From: Myxococcota bacterium
GTDB taxonomy: Bacteria > Myxococcota_A > SURF-8
Direction of reading: 5' to 3'
Length of the DNA stretch: 64,000 bases
Assembly: GCA_965140415.1 (NCBI GenBank)
Contig: OZ223209.1
Span: forward strand, 5,504,001-5,568,000
Shown piece after piece: positions 50,588-60,855 of this stretch. Within the stretch, counting starts at the first letter, position 1. Every line of letters starts with the position of its first letter. Made by a program: the position numbers and the translations under genes. Below the pieces are notes generated by a model. It made no database searches. It saw only the letters and a list, made by a program, of their open reading frames with translations, and had not been told where the DNA came from.

Positions 50588-50910
50588 TCGTCTGTCTCGT
50601 TTTCCAGGACAAATCCTCTCCAAATCCAGAAATGAGCTACTAAAATGCCAAAGAGCATTCGAAATCTTGATGTCACCCTCCAGCGCAACGCATATACTCA
50701 ATATGTTAACTTGTTGAAATCATAACACTATTGCAATAGTGACTTTTGAAGCATGCAAGAAAAGCGCTACAACCGGTCTGCGCGCAATATTTGCGCAAAA
50801 ACGCAACAGGTGTTGCCGCCTGTTCATTTTTGACAGCGAGTCAAATTCACTTATCATCTTGAAATCACGACACAATATCAACCTCTGACAGTGAATGGCC
50901 ATTCAATCGC

Positions 50911-50927
50911 TTGGCATGAAGATTGCT
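50911..50927 (+). promoter_or_regulatory. Sigma54 -24/-12 promoter
   Basis: TTGGCATGAAGATTGCT, with GG-N10-GC in exact register, about 50 bp upstream of ATG 50978. Confidence 0.75.
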
Positions 50928-50977
50928 TTTATATTTACTGCTGCGTTTCTTGAGGCATCTAAAAAAGGGCCGTCATC

Positions 50978-51220
50978 ATGAGTTTATATCGATTAATCTT
51001 AGAACACAGTGGAGTAGAGATGGATTTCTCGGATTCCGACCTGACTGAGTCGGACTTCTCCGTGGATGACATCAAAGAATTGTACGAGGGTCAAGCTGTC
51101 GTCATTTCAAAGCCCGTTCATGAAAACGGGCAAAATACGGTACAAACGGCAAAAGAGGAAATCGAAGAAGATTTTCCGCCAATGCCGACTCTTAAAGACC
51201 TTAAGGCCGTATCCCTCTGA
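50978..51220 (+). CDS. Small acidic hypothetical protein
   Basis: 80-aa ORF directly downstream of the sigma54 site. Confidence 0.55.
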   Translation: MSLYRLILEHSGVEMDFSDSDLTESDFSVDDIKELYEGQAVVISKPVHENGQNTVQTAKEEIEEDFPPMPTLKDLKAVSL

Positions 51221-51309
51221 TTTATCAGAGGAATGTAGTACAACCGCTGTCCAGCAGTACATGTATGTAGTGAATGTTGAAGAAGTACGATCCAACCAGG
51301 AGAGTGTTC

Positions 51310-51660
51310 ATGCTTACATTTCTTCACAACACCCGGAATCCACTGCTAATTTTGTGGCTTGGTTTGTGGCAAGCCTTTAAAAGCGGATTGACCTTCTTCT
51401 TGATCTTCTTTCTTGTAGGAGGTCTTTTCGGAGGTCTCATCTATACCGTAGGCGTTTGGGTAAGCGAACTTTTCCCGGAGTATGTAGACCGTCTGATTCT
51501 GGGCGAAATACTTACCGGCATCGCCACGATCGGTTTGGCAGGAACCGGCCTGGCTACGTTTTTCGGTGGAGTGAAAGCGATTCGCGAGCAGTTCCCCGAA
51601 GAAAATCAAGCGACCAACGAAGTCGCATCTGCTGAAGTGGTCCGGAATTACAGATACTGA
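51310..51660 (+). CDS. Small membrane protein
   Basis: AGGAG RBS; 2-3 hydrophobic helices; followed by a terminator. Confidence 0.65.
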   Translation: MLTFLHNTRNPLLILWLGLWQAFKSGLTFFLIFFLVGGLFGGLIYTVGVWVSELFPEYVDRLILGEILTGIATIGLAGTGLATFFGGVKAIREQFPEENQATNEVASAEVVRNYRY

Positions 51661-51688
51661 TCCTTCAAATTATCAGCGCGATTCACTT

Positions 51689-51721
51689 ACCGACGATCCC
51701 TGAAGGGTCGTCGGTTTTTTT
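51689..51721 (+). terminator. Rho-independent terminator
   Basis: ACCGACGATCCC-TGAA-GGGTCGTCGGT followed by a T-run. Confidence 0.85.
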
Positions 51722-51730
51722 GTTTGGAGT

Positions 51731-51912
51731 AGACATTACGCATTCCTGTCCATCGAGCAATCGGGATGTGCCATCATGGTCTCACGGAATGGAAATTCCG
51801 GGAAGCCGTGTGTAACCATTAGAAATCACACAGCCTTCCACGATCTCCAATCGTGTAAGACTATGCCACAAATTCATGGAATCAGTGGCTAAATATGACG
51901 ACTATCTAGTCT
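51731..51912 (+). repeat. Dispersed structured element, copy 3
   Basis: Matches copies 2 and 4 over about 180 bp, with a 3-bp CAT duplication in the left arm; its end overlaps the tetR stop codon. Confidence 0.92.
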
Positions 51913-52516
51913 AGGCTTGATAATAGGCAAGAAAAACGGAAACGGCAGAGTCGATCTGCTCAGTGATGAATTCCTCAGACGGACGTTCAACCCCAAACAA
52001 TCCTTCCCAGAACAAACGACTTTTCACCAGGGCCAGAAATTGAGCCGTGGCGGTTAGTGGATTGGCAACAACCAGTTTACCATCTTGAGCCGCCTGCTTG
52101 ATCCAAAGCGACAAGTTGGATTCCCGCTCTTTCATGGAATCCACCATTTGGCGGGCCATTTCGGGCATTCGAATGAATTCGGAAAAGACGGTGCGGATCA
52201 ACCCCGAGAATTCCGGCGAAAAATGGATCTCGACATCCAGCCGAGCCAACTCCGTCAACTGAATGCGGATAGGAATATCCGGTGAGTAGACGTAGCGGGT
52301 CGCCTGCATGGACTGCTCCCAAAGCTGCTCGACAATGGCGGTAAAGAGCTCTTCTTTACTGGAAAAGTGGTTGTAAACCGTACGCTTGGAGACTTTTGCG
52401 CGGTGGGCGATTCGATCCATGCTGGTGCATTTGTAACCGGAAACCTTGAATTCATGAGTGGCGGCATTTATGATGTCCACATGTTTTCTCTCTGTCAATT
52501 TCATGGGTTTACTCAT
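51911..52516 (-). CDS. TetR/AcrR-family transcriptional regulator
   Basis: IINAATHEF...TSMDRIAHRAKVSKRTVYNHFSSKEELF. Confidence 0.95.
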   Translation of the reverse strand: MSKPMKLTERKHVDIINAATHEFKVSGYKCTSMDRIAHRAKVSKRTVYNHFSSKEELFTAIVEQLWEQSMQATRYVYSPDIPIRIQLTELARLDVEIHFSPEFSGLIRTVFSEFIRMPEMARQMVDSMKERESNLSLWIKQAAQDGKLVVANPLTATAQFLALVKSRLFWEGLFGVERPSEEFITEQIDSAVSVFLAYYQA

Positions 52517-52806
52517 CCTGCCATCCTCCAGAGAACCGCCTGCATGTTCTTCTTTTTAAATAGCGCACCACTACACCGGTTAGTTTACCAGAAACGTACC
52601 TAACTCAACAATCTATTTTTTCATTCTAAGGGAAAAAGTTCAAGAAAAGTCACCAGATGGCACTTGCCGAACCCGGCAGCACAGACAATCGAATCAGGAG
52701 CGCAAATTATGCGCACCAGATGAAAGATTATTAATGCTTCTTCCGATGCCTGGCACACAGGAAATCCGGATCACTCGTAGATCGGTCGTTTACTCGAACG
52801 TATTAC

Positions 52807-53910
52807 CTATTGGAAATACTTGTTTATTTGTACAGCCAGATCCGTTTTGGCCTTTGAATCGATGGGGTTATAGCGAATGTCCTCATAAGAATCGCGCAGA
52901 TCGAGAGCATGGCCTAATTTTGGATAAATAAACAGGCGCAGGTTGTCCTTTTTCCAAACCATGGCATTGGCGATCTGTACAGCCATCGCCTGATAGGTCG
53001 GCGTCTGATTGTCCCACTCACCTTGGAACATCAGTACCGGTTTATCGAAATCCTTAAGGATATCCGTCACGCGCGAGCGCTTTGCCTCCTGCTGGCGCAT
53101 GGCGGGGCCGAGCATGTCTTTCACCACTAAGTTGCTGAAGTTTCCCGCCTTGAATTCCATCAGCGTCAGTTCTGCGTCGGCGTCCTGATCCAGAATGGGC
53201 ATTTGAGCTTTCAATGCAGCAGCGATAGGATTCTCGATGGAGAGTTCGGCATTACTAAGAATCTGGTTTCGATCTTTATCCAGTTGTTTGAAGTAGAACA
53301 AAGGCCGGTACACCGTTTGCTCGAAAACGGCCAACTCGGTAGGAGTAGCCAGAAAACCGATCAGCGCCAGCCCTGCAATTCGCTTATCCTGCTCCGCCAG
53401 CCAACAGGCAATCGAAGCGCCCTGACTGTGTCCCAATAGGTAGATTTTGGCCTTGGGATATCGTTTCGCAGCGAAATCGACGACATTGGCGCCATCTTCG
53501 ATGAACCGAAGTAGAGGATCGGCTGAAAACTTCTGATAGATCGGGCTTTTTACGAATGCCTCATTTTCCTTAAAGGCAAGCTGGGTCTGATAGCTGCGCT
53601 TATTGAAACGCAATACGGAAAAGCCTTTAGACAACAGCACATCTTGCAGTTCCTTGAAGAACAGGTTCGGCTGATTGTCGCGGGTGACGGCTGTCAGATC
53701 TTCATCCATGCTTTGCGGCCCGGAACCGTGCAGGAAAATCACCAGGCGGGAAGGAGTAGCCGCTTTTTTAGCACCCGGCGTGGCCAGCAGACCATCGAGG
53801 ACAAACCCATCGTCCATCGTCAGTTTCAAGGCGGTTTCAGTCGCCTGAACGGGCAGACAGAAAAGTGTAAATAACGCAAGCAGCAATCCAATACGAGTGT
53901 AGCTGGGCAT
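52807..53910 (-). CDS. Secreted alpha/beta hydrolase with an EF-hand-like insert
   Basis: Signal peptide; HGSG, GHSQG nucleophile elbow, GEWDNQ, LGHAL. Confidence 0.88.
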   Translation of the reverse strand: MPSYTRIGLLLALFTLFCLPVQATETALKLTMDDGFVLDGLLATPGAKKAATPSRLVIFLHGSGPQSMDEDLTAVTRDNQPNLFFKELQDVLLSKGFSVLRFNKRSYQTQLAFKENEAFVKSPIYQKFSADPLLRFIEDGANVVDFAAKRYPKAKIYLLGHSQGASIACWLAEQDKRIAGLALIGFLATPTELAVFEQTVYRPLFYFKQLDKDRNQILSNAELSIENPIAAALKAQMPILDQDADAELTLMEFKAGNFSNLVVKDMLGPAMRQQEAKRSRVTDILKDFDKPVLMFQGEWDNQTPTYQAMAVQIANAMVWKKDNLRLFIYPKLGHALDLRDSYEDIRYNPIDSKAKTDLAVQINKYFQ

Positions 53911-53934
53911 CACTCCCTCCATTTGCTCTATGGT

Positions 53935-54113
53935 AGACTAGGTATTAGTCATTTTTAGCCACCGATTCTAAGAATGTGTGCCATAGTCTTACGCGATCGA
54001 AGATCGTGGAAGGCTGTGTGTCTTCAATAGGTTACACACGGCCTCCCGGAATTTCCATTCCGTGAGACCATGGCACATCCCAATTACTCGATGGACAGAA
54101 ATGAGTAATATCT
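53935..54113 (-). repeat. Dispersed structured element, copy 4 (inverted)
   Basis: Reverse complement of copies 2 and 3; 101-bp core at 53977-54077. Confidence 0.92.
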
Positions 54114-54207
54114 CCTCTAATTTCGAACATGCAGCCCTTTTTTACGAGCCGGAGAAATTGTACAGACTCAACGCCCTCCGGTCCAGTCAGAAAAGGGATT
54201 TATCTCG

Positions 54208-55260
54208 TTATGGGGTTTCCTCAATCACCTGCATCAGCAACGCGGGATCGTCGGTCATAATGGCATCGACTCCCATTTCCAACCAACTGCGCATGGAGAC
54301 CTCATCGTTGACGGTCCAGATCTGCACCTGTAGCCCCAATCGATGGGCGCGCGCCAGCGAATCGGCGTCGATGTCGGAAAGCTGGAAAATGGGACAGGGA
54401 GGCACATAGTCGGCCTCCTTGGCATCGGTAAGCGTTCCGAAGATCATCATCTCGCTTAAACCCGCTCCGGTTACGATATCCGGGCGTTTTTCACGGACCT
54501 CACGGACGGTTTCATCGGAAAATGAAACCAGGATCACGCGCTCACTCATGCCGGTTTCATCCAGCACCGCCAGCACGGCATCGACGATCGAAGGATCGCT
54601 CTGCTTGAGTTCTGCGGAAAAGAGCATTTCCGGGAAAGCCTGCAACACTTCTTTGAAAGTCGCCACCTGTACGCCTTGTCCACGATAGGGAAAGGTCTGT
54701 CCTCCATCGGCAGTGAATTGATAGCCGGAATCCAAGGCACGCACCTCTTCGAAGGTCATATCCCGAATATTCCCGGTTCCATCTGTCGTGCGGTCGACGT
54801 TACCATCGTGATGCAGCACGATGACGCCATCTTTTGTCGCATGAAGGTCCATTTCCAACATGTCGATCCCCAGCGCCACGGCATTTTCGTAGGCAGGCAT
54901 GGTTTCTTCCGGTGCCAGTTTGCCGCCGCCCCGATGGGCAATGGCCATAAATTCTCCGCTCATCAGCGGATGATCGCTGGGGAATCCGAAGGGAGAGCCA
55001 CTCTCCCCTTCCTGCTCCATCTGTTCGCTATCGCTGTCGCCATCGATGCTGCCGCAGCCGCTGCAATCGCCCCAGCTAAGACCATCTTGTGCGCAGGTGC
55101 TCAGGCCATCTCCATCGGAAGCGCAGTTGCAGGTGCGCGTCTCACCGGGAGAGCAAAGCAGCGTAGAATCGTCGTCGCCACCGCAGGCAATTACGACAAA
55201 CGAAAGTAAAACGGAAAGTGCAAGGAAAGTAACAGGTTGAATTCTTTTACGATTTCGCAT
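54208..55260 (-). CDS. Glycerophosphodiester phosphodiesterase lipoprotein (paralog of 38571-39533)
   Basis: Lipobox VIAC; CSPGETRTC Cys module; IAHRGG..PEET, EMDLHATKDG, WTVND. Confidence 0.93.
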   Translation of the reverse strand: MRNRKRIQPVTFLALSVLLSFVVIACGGDDDSTLLCSPGETRTCNCASDGDGLSTCAQDGLSWGDCSGCGSIDGDSDSEQMEQEGESGSPFGFPSDHPLMSGEFMAIAHRGGGKLAPEETMPAYENAVALGIDMLEMDLHATKDGVIVLHHDGNVDRTTDGTGNIRDMTFEEVRALDSGYQFTADGGQTFPYRGQGVQVATFKEVLQAFPEMLFSAELKQSDPSIVDAVLAVLDETGMSERVILVSFSDETVREVREKRPDIVTGAGLSEMMIFGTLTDAKEADYVPPCPIFQLSDIDADSLARAHRLGLQVQIWTVNDEVSMRSWLEMGVDAIMTDDPALLMQVIEETP

Positions 55261-55349
55261 ACATGAAACTCCTGGATAAAGAAACTTCCGCGAGTATACG
55301 AAACCATGGCAAGCAGAGCAAAGGAAAAAGGGGGAAATGAGAAGCCCCC

Positions 55350-56036
55350 CTACTTTCCCGACAGCAGCGGCCAGGGGGTTGCCTTGGCGATCAGATCCAC
55401 GCAGCGATCGATGCCGAGCCGGTGTGAGTTAAGCACCAGATCGTAATGCACCGGGTCTTTGATCTCGCTGTAAAAGTAGTGCCGCACGAAGTCCCCTCGT
55501 TTGGTGTCGGTCTCCTCGATGTAGGCACGGGCGGCATCTTCGGAAAGATTCATCTCTTTTATGACGTTTTCAATCCGAAAATGCAACGGCGAGACGACCC
55601 GAACGCGGAATGTGCGGTCGGATGGCAAAATGAAATTCGCCCCGCGACCGACGATCACGGCACGCCCGACCTTCCCTGCCGCGCTGATCATCTGCACCAG
55701 CAGTTTCAGATATTCATCGGAAGAGATGCTGTACTTGCTGTCGATGATGGAAAGGAGGTCTTCCAAGAAGCTGCGGGGTTGCTCATCCAAAGTACGCAGC
55801 ACGATCGAGCGCAGATCCTGGCTCTTGGCCACTTTGTCCATGATGTTTCCGGCATACAATTCCAATTGGTATCGCTTGGCAAGTAAGGCGGCGATTTGCT
55901 GGCCGTGACTACCGGTTTCGCGTGACAGGGTAATGATCGGTCGCTGGATGGCATCGGTGTGTCGCTGTGCGGCGCTCTCCCAGCGTCGACACTGCTTTTC
56001 TACCAATTCGTTGATGGAACGGTCTTGAATCTTCAT
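55350..56036 (-). CDS. Cytidylate kinase-like family protein
   Basis: IITLSRETGSHG, VIVGRGANFIL, D..R..F...YF......P..YDLVLNS. Confidence 0.88.
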   Translation of the reverse strand: MKIQDRSINELVEKQCRRWESAAQRHTDAIQRPIITLSRETGSHGQQIAALLAKRYQLELYAGNIMDKVAKSQDLRSIVLRTLDEQPRSFLEDLLSIIDSKYSISSDEYLKLLVQMISAAGKVGRAVIVGRGANFILPSDRTFRVRVVSPLHFRIENVIKEMNLSEDAARAYIEETDTKRGDFVRHYFYSEIKDPVHYDLVLNSHRLGIDRCVDLIAKATPWPLLSGK

Positions 56037-56318
56037 GATTCTCTCCTTTCCGACAAGATCCGGGTAGGACTCTTGCGCAAGAAAAGACCGCTTCCTTCCG
56101 GCACCCTCGAATATCAACAGACAGCATCAGCTTGGAAAGAAGCTGTCTTATCCGGGTTTCTATTTTGATGGTAACAAACCCGACTTTGAAATACCAGTGC
56201 AAATATCAGGAATGAAAAAAGGATGGGAAGAAAATTGAAATCAGGGTAATTCTCTGTACTTCTCTGGATCGATTCCACATTTGTCAGTAGTGGCGAAGCC
56301 TAAATCCGCCAATCTTCG

Positions 56319-57653
56319 CTATTTGTCGTCCACTCGTTCCGATGCCAACTGGCTGACACGATCCTGTAAGCGGGCCAGCGGCAATAGTTGCGGACTTTGT
56401 ACCTTGCGCAACAACATCAAATCGGCGCTGTTCAACTGCTGGTACAAGATCTGAAAATCTCTGTGAACCTGCACAACGGACAAGGCGGTCTGGCTAACGA
56501 CGCGAGCCAGCACGTCACGGATATTGCGTCGTCCATTGATGCTTTCCAATAAGGTGGCCGTGGCGGGTCCGTTGTGGATGTTCAGACGAAGTCCATTCGC
56601 CAGTTCGATGCTCTGGGCAACACCGGGTTGCGCTTTCAGTGCGCGTTGCAATGGCAATGCATCGAAATCCAACAGAAAAGGAACGTGATCGGGATCATTG
56701 GGCTGACAAGTGGTCTGCGGGTTGGCTGAGGCGAAAAAGCTGTGCAGCATAATGGAACCGCATAGGCGCTCACCGATTTCCCACTGTTGAATTCTTGGCA
56801 TCGAGCGCACGTGTTCCAGCAGATTGCGGTCCTGTAGATACAGTTCCGGCTGATAGCGCAGGCGGTCCGGTGCGTGAGCCAGTGCGGCCAGCGTCACGTT
56901 CTGTTCCGCCAGAAACTCCGCCACTTCACGGATCGTGTAGGCCCGGTCGCAACTGTGCAGAAACAGATCGTACAAGCCGATATCGCCGAAAGTCTCCCAG
57001 TCGGGTGTCAACTCCTGCGAACGCTTGAACCAGTTGCTCGGGGGTAACTGTTCCAACACCTGCCGGGCCTGGTCAATACGGGTTTGAATCGACAATTCCG
57101 GGTCAAGCAGCATCTGAAACAGATCCTGCATCTGATACACGGCGGTGCGACCGATTTTGGCATAGAGCATCAACCCGAGCAGCCCATTGGGTTTGAGCAC
57201 CGACAACAACGCCCGCAGCCCCTCGGAAGGATCTTCCAGATGATGCAGCACGCCGCTGCAACCGATGTAATCGAAGGATTCCAGTTCCAGTTGAGGCAGA
57301 TCCAATAGCGAAGCATGACGCCATTCGATGTTGGTCAATTGTCGCACTTGTGCTCGGGCTTTGGCGATGCGCATGCTGGCTTCGCTCAAATCCAGCGCCA
57401 CCACCGTGGCGTTGAAGGGTCGCAACTGTTCGGCCAGGAATATCGACGAATCGCCGGTGCCGTCCCCGGCAATGAGCGCCCGGAATCCGTCGTAGGTCAA
57501 CCTGCCGTTGAAACCGTAGTGGTTGATCAGCGGTAAGTAGTCGAATTTAGTGGACTTCAACCGCGTGCGTTCGTCCTGCGGATCACGGGGCGGGTAGGGA
57601 TAATCTTCGTATTGCTGGCGCACATCCTGCTGATATCGAGTGGGTTTCACCAT
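56319..57653 (-). CDS. Class I SAM-dependent methyltransferase
   Basis: QYEDYPYP, LIAGDGTG, ALDLS, FDYI.CSGVLHHL, LKPNG. Confidence 0.9.
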   Translation of the reverse strand: MVKPTRYQQDVRQQYEDYPYPPRDPQDERTRLKSTKFDYLPLINHYGFNGRLTYDGFRALIAGDGTGDSSIFLAEQLRPFNATVVALDLSEASMRIAKARAQVRQLTNIEWRHASLLDLPQLELESFDYIGCSGVLHHLEDPSEGLRALLSVLKPNGLLGLMLYAKIGRTAVYQMQDLFQMLLDPELSIQTRIDQARQVLEQLPPSNWFKRSQELTPDWETFGDIGLYDLFLHSCDRAYTIREVAEFLAEQNVTLAALAHAPDRLRYQPELYLQDRNLLEHVRSMPRIQQWEIGERLCGSIMLHSFFASANPQTTCQPNDPDHVPFLLDFDALPLQRALKAQPGVAQSIELANGLRLNIHNGPATATLLESINGRRNIRDVLARVVSQTALSVVQVHRDFQILYQQLNSADLMLLRKVQSPQLLPLARLQDRVSQLASERVDDK

Positions 57654-58044
57654 CTTCCCTTCACTTTCACTATTATTGCCGCTGATTGTACAGGAGACTT
57701 CCCAGGAAAAACAAGGGGGTTCTTGTAAGCTTTTTTCTCTGTTCTTCAGGTGTATCGAAAAAGACTACGAATTCTTCTGCTTTCGGGGTGGCGCGGGCCA
57801 AGCCAAAGGCTTGCCCGTGTTCGAAAGCCGCATGGGCAAGCTCCGTTTCTCTTCGCTTGGCCCATACCACCCGTCCGCGGAGGATGACAGTGTAATAACC
57901 TTTTCCGCTGTAACTTGAGATGCACCCCTTATCCTTGTTGGAGTTGCATTTTAAGAGCGTCTCGGGTATGGTCCCGGCAAGTGTGGAAACGGGTACAAAT
58001 CTTGTTTCCAGGATCGATGATGATTGATGGAAGTGGTGAATGGT

Positions 58045-58833
58045 ATGAAAGAGACTTTGACGACGACCGCCCGGCAGGCCGGGCAGTTTTTACTGCGACA
58101 TTTTGGGAAACTGAAAACCGAACAGGTGGAGTTCAAAACCGGGGCGAAGGATCTGGTAACCTTTGTGGACCGCGAAGCGGAGGCCATGATTTTTGAAAGC
58201 CTGCGCAGCAATTTCTCGGATCACGACCTGCTCGGCGAAGAATCCGGCAGCGAACGGTCCGCTTCCGGCAGCGGAGCTTCGTTTATCGTCGATCCGTTGG
58301 ACGGCACCGTCAATTACGCGCACGGACTGCCGCATTTCGGTATTTCCATCGCGCGCTGCCAAGAAAATGAAATCACGCATGGGTTGATCTATGTTCCCTT
58401 TCTCGACGAAATGTATTACGCTGAAAAAGGGTGCGGAGCGACATTGAACGGTGAACGCATCCAGGTATCGGAAACGACTTCGCTCACCGATGCCATTGTC
58501 GCCACCGGTTTTGCCTGCGTACGCGGAAAACGTCAACCCGACGGCGTGCCGGTATTTTCGCAGTTGATCTATAAAACCCGTGATCTGCGCCGACTGGGCG
58601 CGGCGACGGTCGATCTGGCGTATACGGCGCGCGGTCTGTTTTCCGGCTTTTACGAAATGAGCCTGTCTCCCTGGGATGTGGCGGCGGGAGCGTTGATCGT
58701 AAAGGAAGCGGGTGGCAACGTAACCGCATTCGAGAGCAACGGCGATCCGATCTTTGGAGATACGATTCTGGCCACCAACGGTCACATTCATGATGAATTG
58801 CTGGCAGGGATCAAACAGGCACTGGAGGGCTGA
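58045..58833 (+). CDS. suhB: Inositol monophosphatase family protein
   Basis: DLVT, GEE, IVDPLDGTVNY, RRLGA, PWDVAAG..IV.EAGG; start may be slightly upstream (58024/58027). Confidence 0.92.
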   Translation: MKETLTTTARQAGQFLLRHFGKLKTEQVEFKTGAKDLVTFVDREAEAMIFESLRSNFSDHDLLGEESGSERSASGSGASFIVDPLDGTVNYAHGLPHFGISIARCQENEITHGLIYVPFLDEMYYAEKGCGATLNGERIQVSETTSLTDAIVATGFACVRGKRQPDGVPVFSQLIYKTRDLRRLGAATVDLAYTARGLFSGFYEMSLSPWDVAAGALIVKEAGGNVTAFESNGDPIFGDTILATNGHIHDELLAGIKQALEG

Positions 58834-59318
58834 TGAAATTGCCCCTGTTGCACATCCAGGTCGAACAGGTCATTCGCCTGCGCCACGAAAAAGTGGCGGC
58901 GGCGGTGGGGAATTCGTTTGCGCTTTCACCGCCTTTCGGAGGTCCGGTATGGATCTTGGACCGCAGCCGCAACGCGCTGCGGTTTCAAACTTCCGACGTG
59001 CTGCCGGGTCCGCTGTTTCGCCAGGCGGGCGAATTGGAACTGATCGAACAAGGCGTTAAAACAAGGGTGCGCTTTTCGATGGATTTGACCGGACTGTTGG
59101 TGCTGTGCTACTCGCTGCATTTGATTCCGGCCTTTTTATTGTGGATGGTTCAGGGGATCTGGGCGCGTTTGATCGATCCGGGGATCATCGGACTGGTGCA
59201 GTATTGGATGTTGCTGCTGTTGCTCTTCTGGCCGGCTGCGCTTTACCTGATTTTGCGACTGCGCATGAAACAACGTATCAAGACCTTCGTACACAATCTC
59301 GTGTTCTATTCCGGTTAG
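58833..59318 (+). CDS. Hypothetical membrane protein
   Basis: TGATG coupling to suhB; two C-terminal TM helices. Confidence 0.7.
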   Translation: MKLPLLHIQVEQVIRLRHEKVAAAVGNSFALSPPFGGPVWILDRSRNALRFQTSDVLPGPLFRQAGELELIEQGVKTRVRFSMDLTGLLVLCYSLHLIPAFLLWMVQGIWARLIDPGIIGLVQYWMLLLLLFWPAALYLILRLRMKQRIKTFVHNLVFYSG

Positions 59319-59337
59319 ATCCCGTTCTGGAGTTGTT

Positions 59338-60855
59338 ATGAGCGATCATCGTCCCCACATTCCCCGGCTGCTTTCGGAAGTGGAAGAACTCTTTCCGGTG
59401 CCTACCGCCGGAGTCGTGCGACTCCCAGAGTTGGTCGGCGTTCCCTTTACCGACCGGGTAAAGGCGATCGTGGATCATCCCCACTTCCAGCGTTTGCGCA
59501 CGGTCAGGCAACTGTCGCTGGCTTACCTCGTCTTCCCCGGCGCGGTGCATACCCGCTTCGAGCATAGCCTGGGAGTCTTTGAAACGACGCTGCGCTACCT
59601 GCGCGCGCTGCTGTCCAGCCATTCCCAATCCTCGGTGTTGGACGAAATCACGCGCGGAGACGTGGAATCGCTGTTATTGGCCGCCTTGCTGCACGATATC
59701 GGCCATTATCCCTTCAATCATCTGCTGGAAGATCTGTACGGGGATATCGCCGATCATATCGATCTGGTGCGTCCGTTTTTAACGGGTGAAATCGGTCAAA
59801 ACTATCCGAGCCTGCAACTTCCGCCCGGAACGCCTTCACTGGGCGAACTGATTCACCAGCATTGGCCACATGCCAGTTTCGACGACATCTGCTATTTCGT
59901 CTCCGGCTCCACGGGACGCGAAGGCAGCGAAGTTCCCGCCTCGAATGTCAAACGCCTGCTGCGTTCGATACTCGATGGTCCGGTGGATGCGGACAAAATG
60001 GACTACCTCTACCGGGACTCCATCCACTGCGGCGTTCCGTATGGACGTTTCATCGACCGTGACCGCTTTTTCCAGTCGTTGATCGTCATGCCGGAGCGGC
60101 CCGACACGCTGGCGCTCAAGGAAAAAGGGCGTATCTGCGTGGAATTGTTCGCTTATGCACGCTCGGCCATGTATTCGGAAGTTTACTGGCATCATGCGTC
60201 GCGTTCCACCACCGCCATGCTCAACCGCGCCTTCCGCGAGGTCGTCGCCGACGATCCCCGCTTTGGTCGCGAACAGATGATGGATCTGGTTTTCGGGCGC
60301 AGCGATGAAGAACTGGTTTCCTGGCTCGCTTCGCATGGCGGAGAAATCTGTAGCGAACTGATGAGCCTGATCCACCGGCGGCGTCCCTACAAGCGCCTGC
60401 TGGTCATCGAGCATCCGGCCTATCCGTCACTGTTCGATCTGCTGGATCGTGCAAAATGGGATAAACGCTACGATTTCGACCGTTTACAACAGTTGTTCGT
60501 GGAGCGCATCAACGCCAAAGGCTTGTTTGCGGACTTCTTGGGTCGCGAACTGCGCTCGCATGACATTCTGGTCGATGTGCCCCGGCGGCGTGGAGGCTTG
60601 CCGGATGTGCCGATTCTGGGAGAGCATTCCGAACGCGCCCTGGATAGCGAGGCGACCGTCCAGCAGGGCGTATGGGCCGGTATCAAACACGATTTCGAAC
60701 GCTGGGTGCGAAAGATCCGCGTGTTCTGCCATCCCGATATTCAGGCCGCCTTGCTTAAGCATACTGGCTCGAAAAAACTGGAGGAATCCAAGGGGGAATT
60801 GCTGGCCAATCTGCTGACGTCCTCCGCCTGGGAAGAGATCCAACTGCGGGATTGA
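59338..60855 (+). CDS. HD-domain phosphohydrolase, SAMHD1/dNTPase-like (COG1078)
   Basis: FQRLR..RQL...VFPGA.HTRFEHSLG, ALLHDIGH.PF.H, DADKMDYL.RD, R..MY.EVY.H. Confidence 0.9.
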   Translation: MSDHRPHIPRLLSEVEELFPVPTAGVVRLPELVGVPFTDRVKAIVDHPHFQRLRTVRQLSLAYLVFPGAVHTRFEHSLGVFETTLRYLRALLSSHSQSSVLDEITRGDVESLLLAALLHDIGHYPFNHLLEDLYGDIADHIDLVRPFLTGEIGQNYPSLQLPPGTPSLGELIHQHWPHASFDDICYFVSGSTGREGSEVPASNVKRLLRSILDGPVDADKMDYLYRDSIHCGVPYGRFIDRDRFFQSLIVMPERPDTLALKEKGRICVELFAYARSAMYSEVYWHHASRSTTAMLNRAFREVVADDPRFGREQMMDLVFGRSDEELVSWLASHGGEICSELMSLIHRRRPYKRLLVIEHPAYPSLFDLLDRAKWDKRYDFDRLQQLFVERINAKGLFADFLGRELRSHDILVDVPRRRGGLPDVPILGEHSERALDSEATVQQGVWAGIKHDFERWVRKIRVFCHPDIQAALLKHTGSKKLEESKGELLANLLTSSAWEEIQLRD

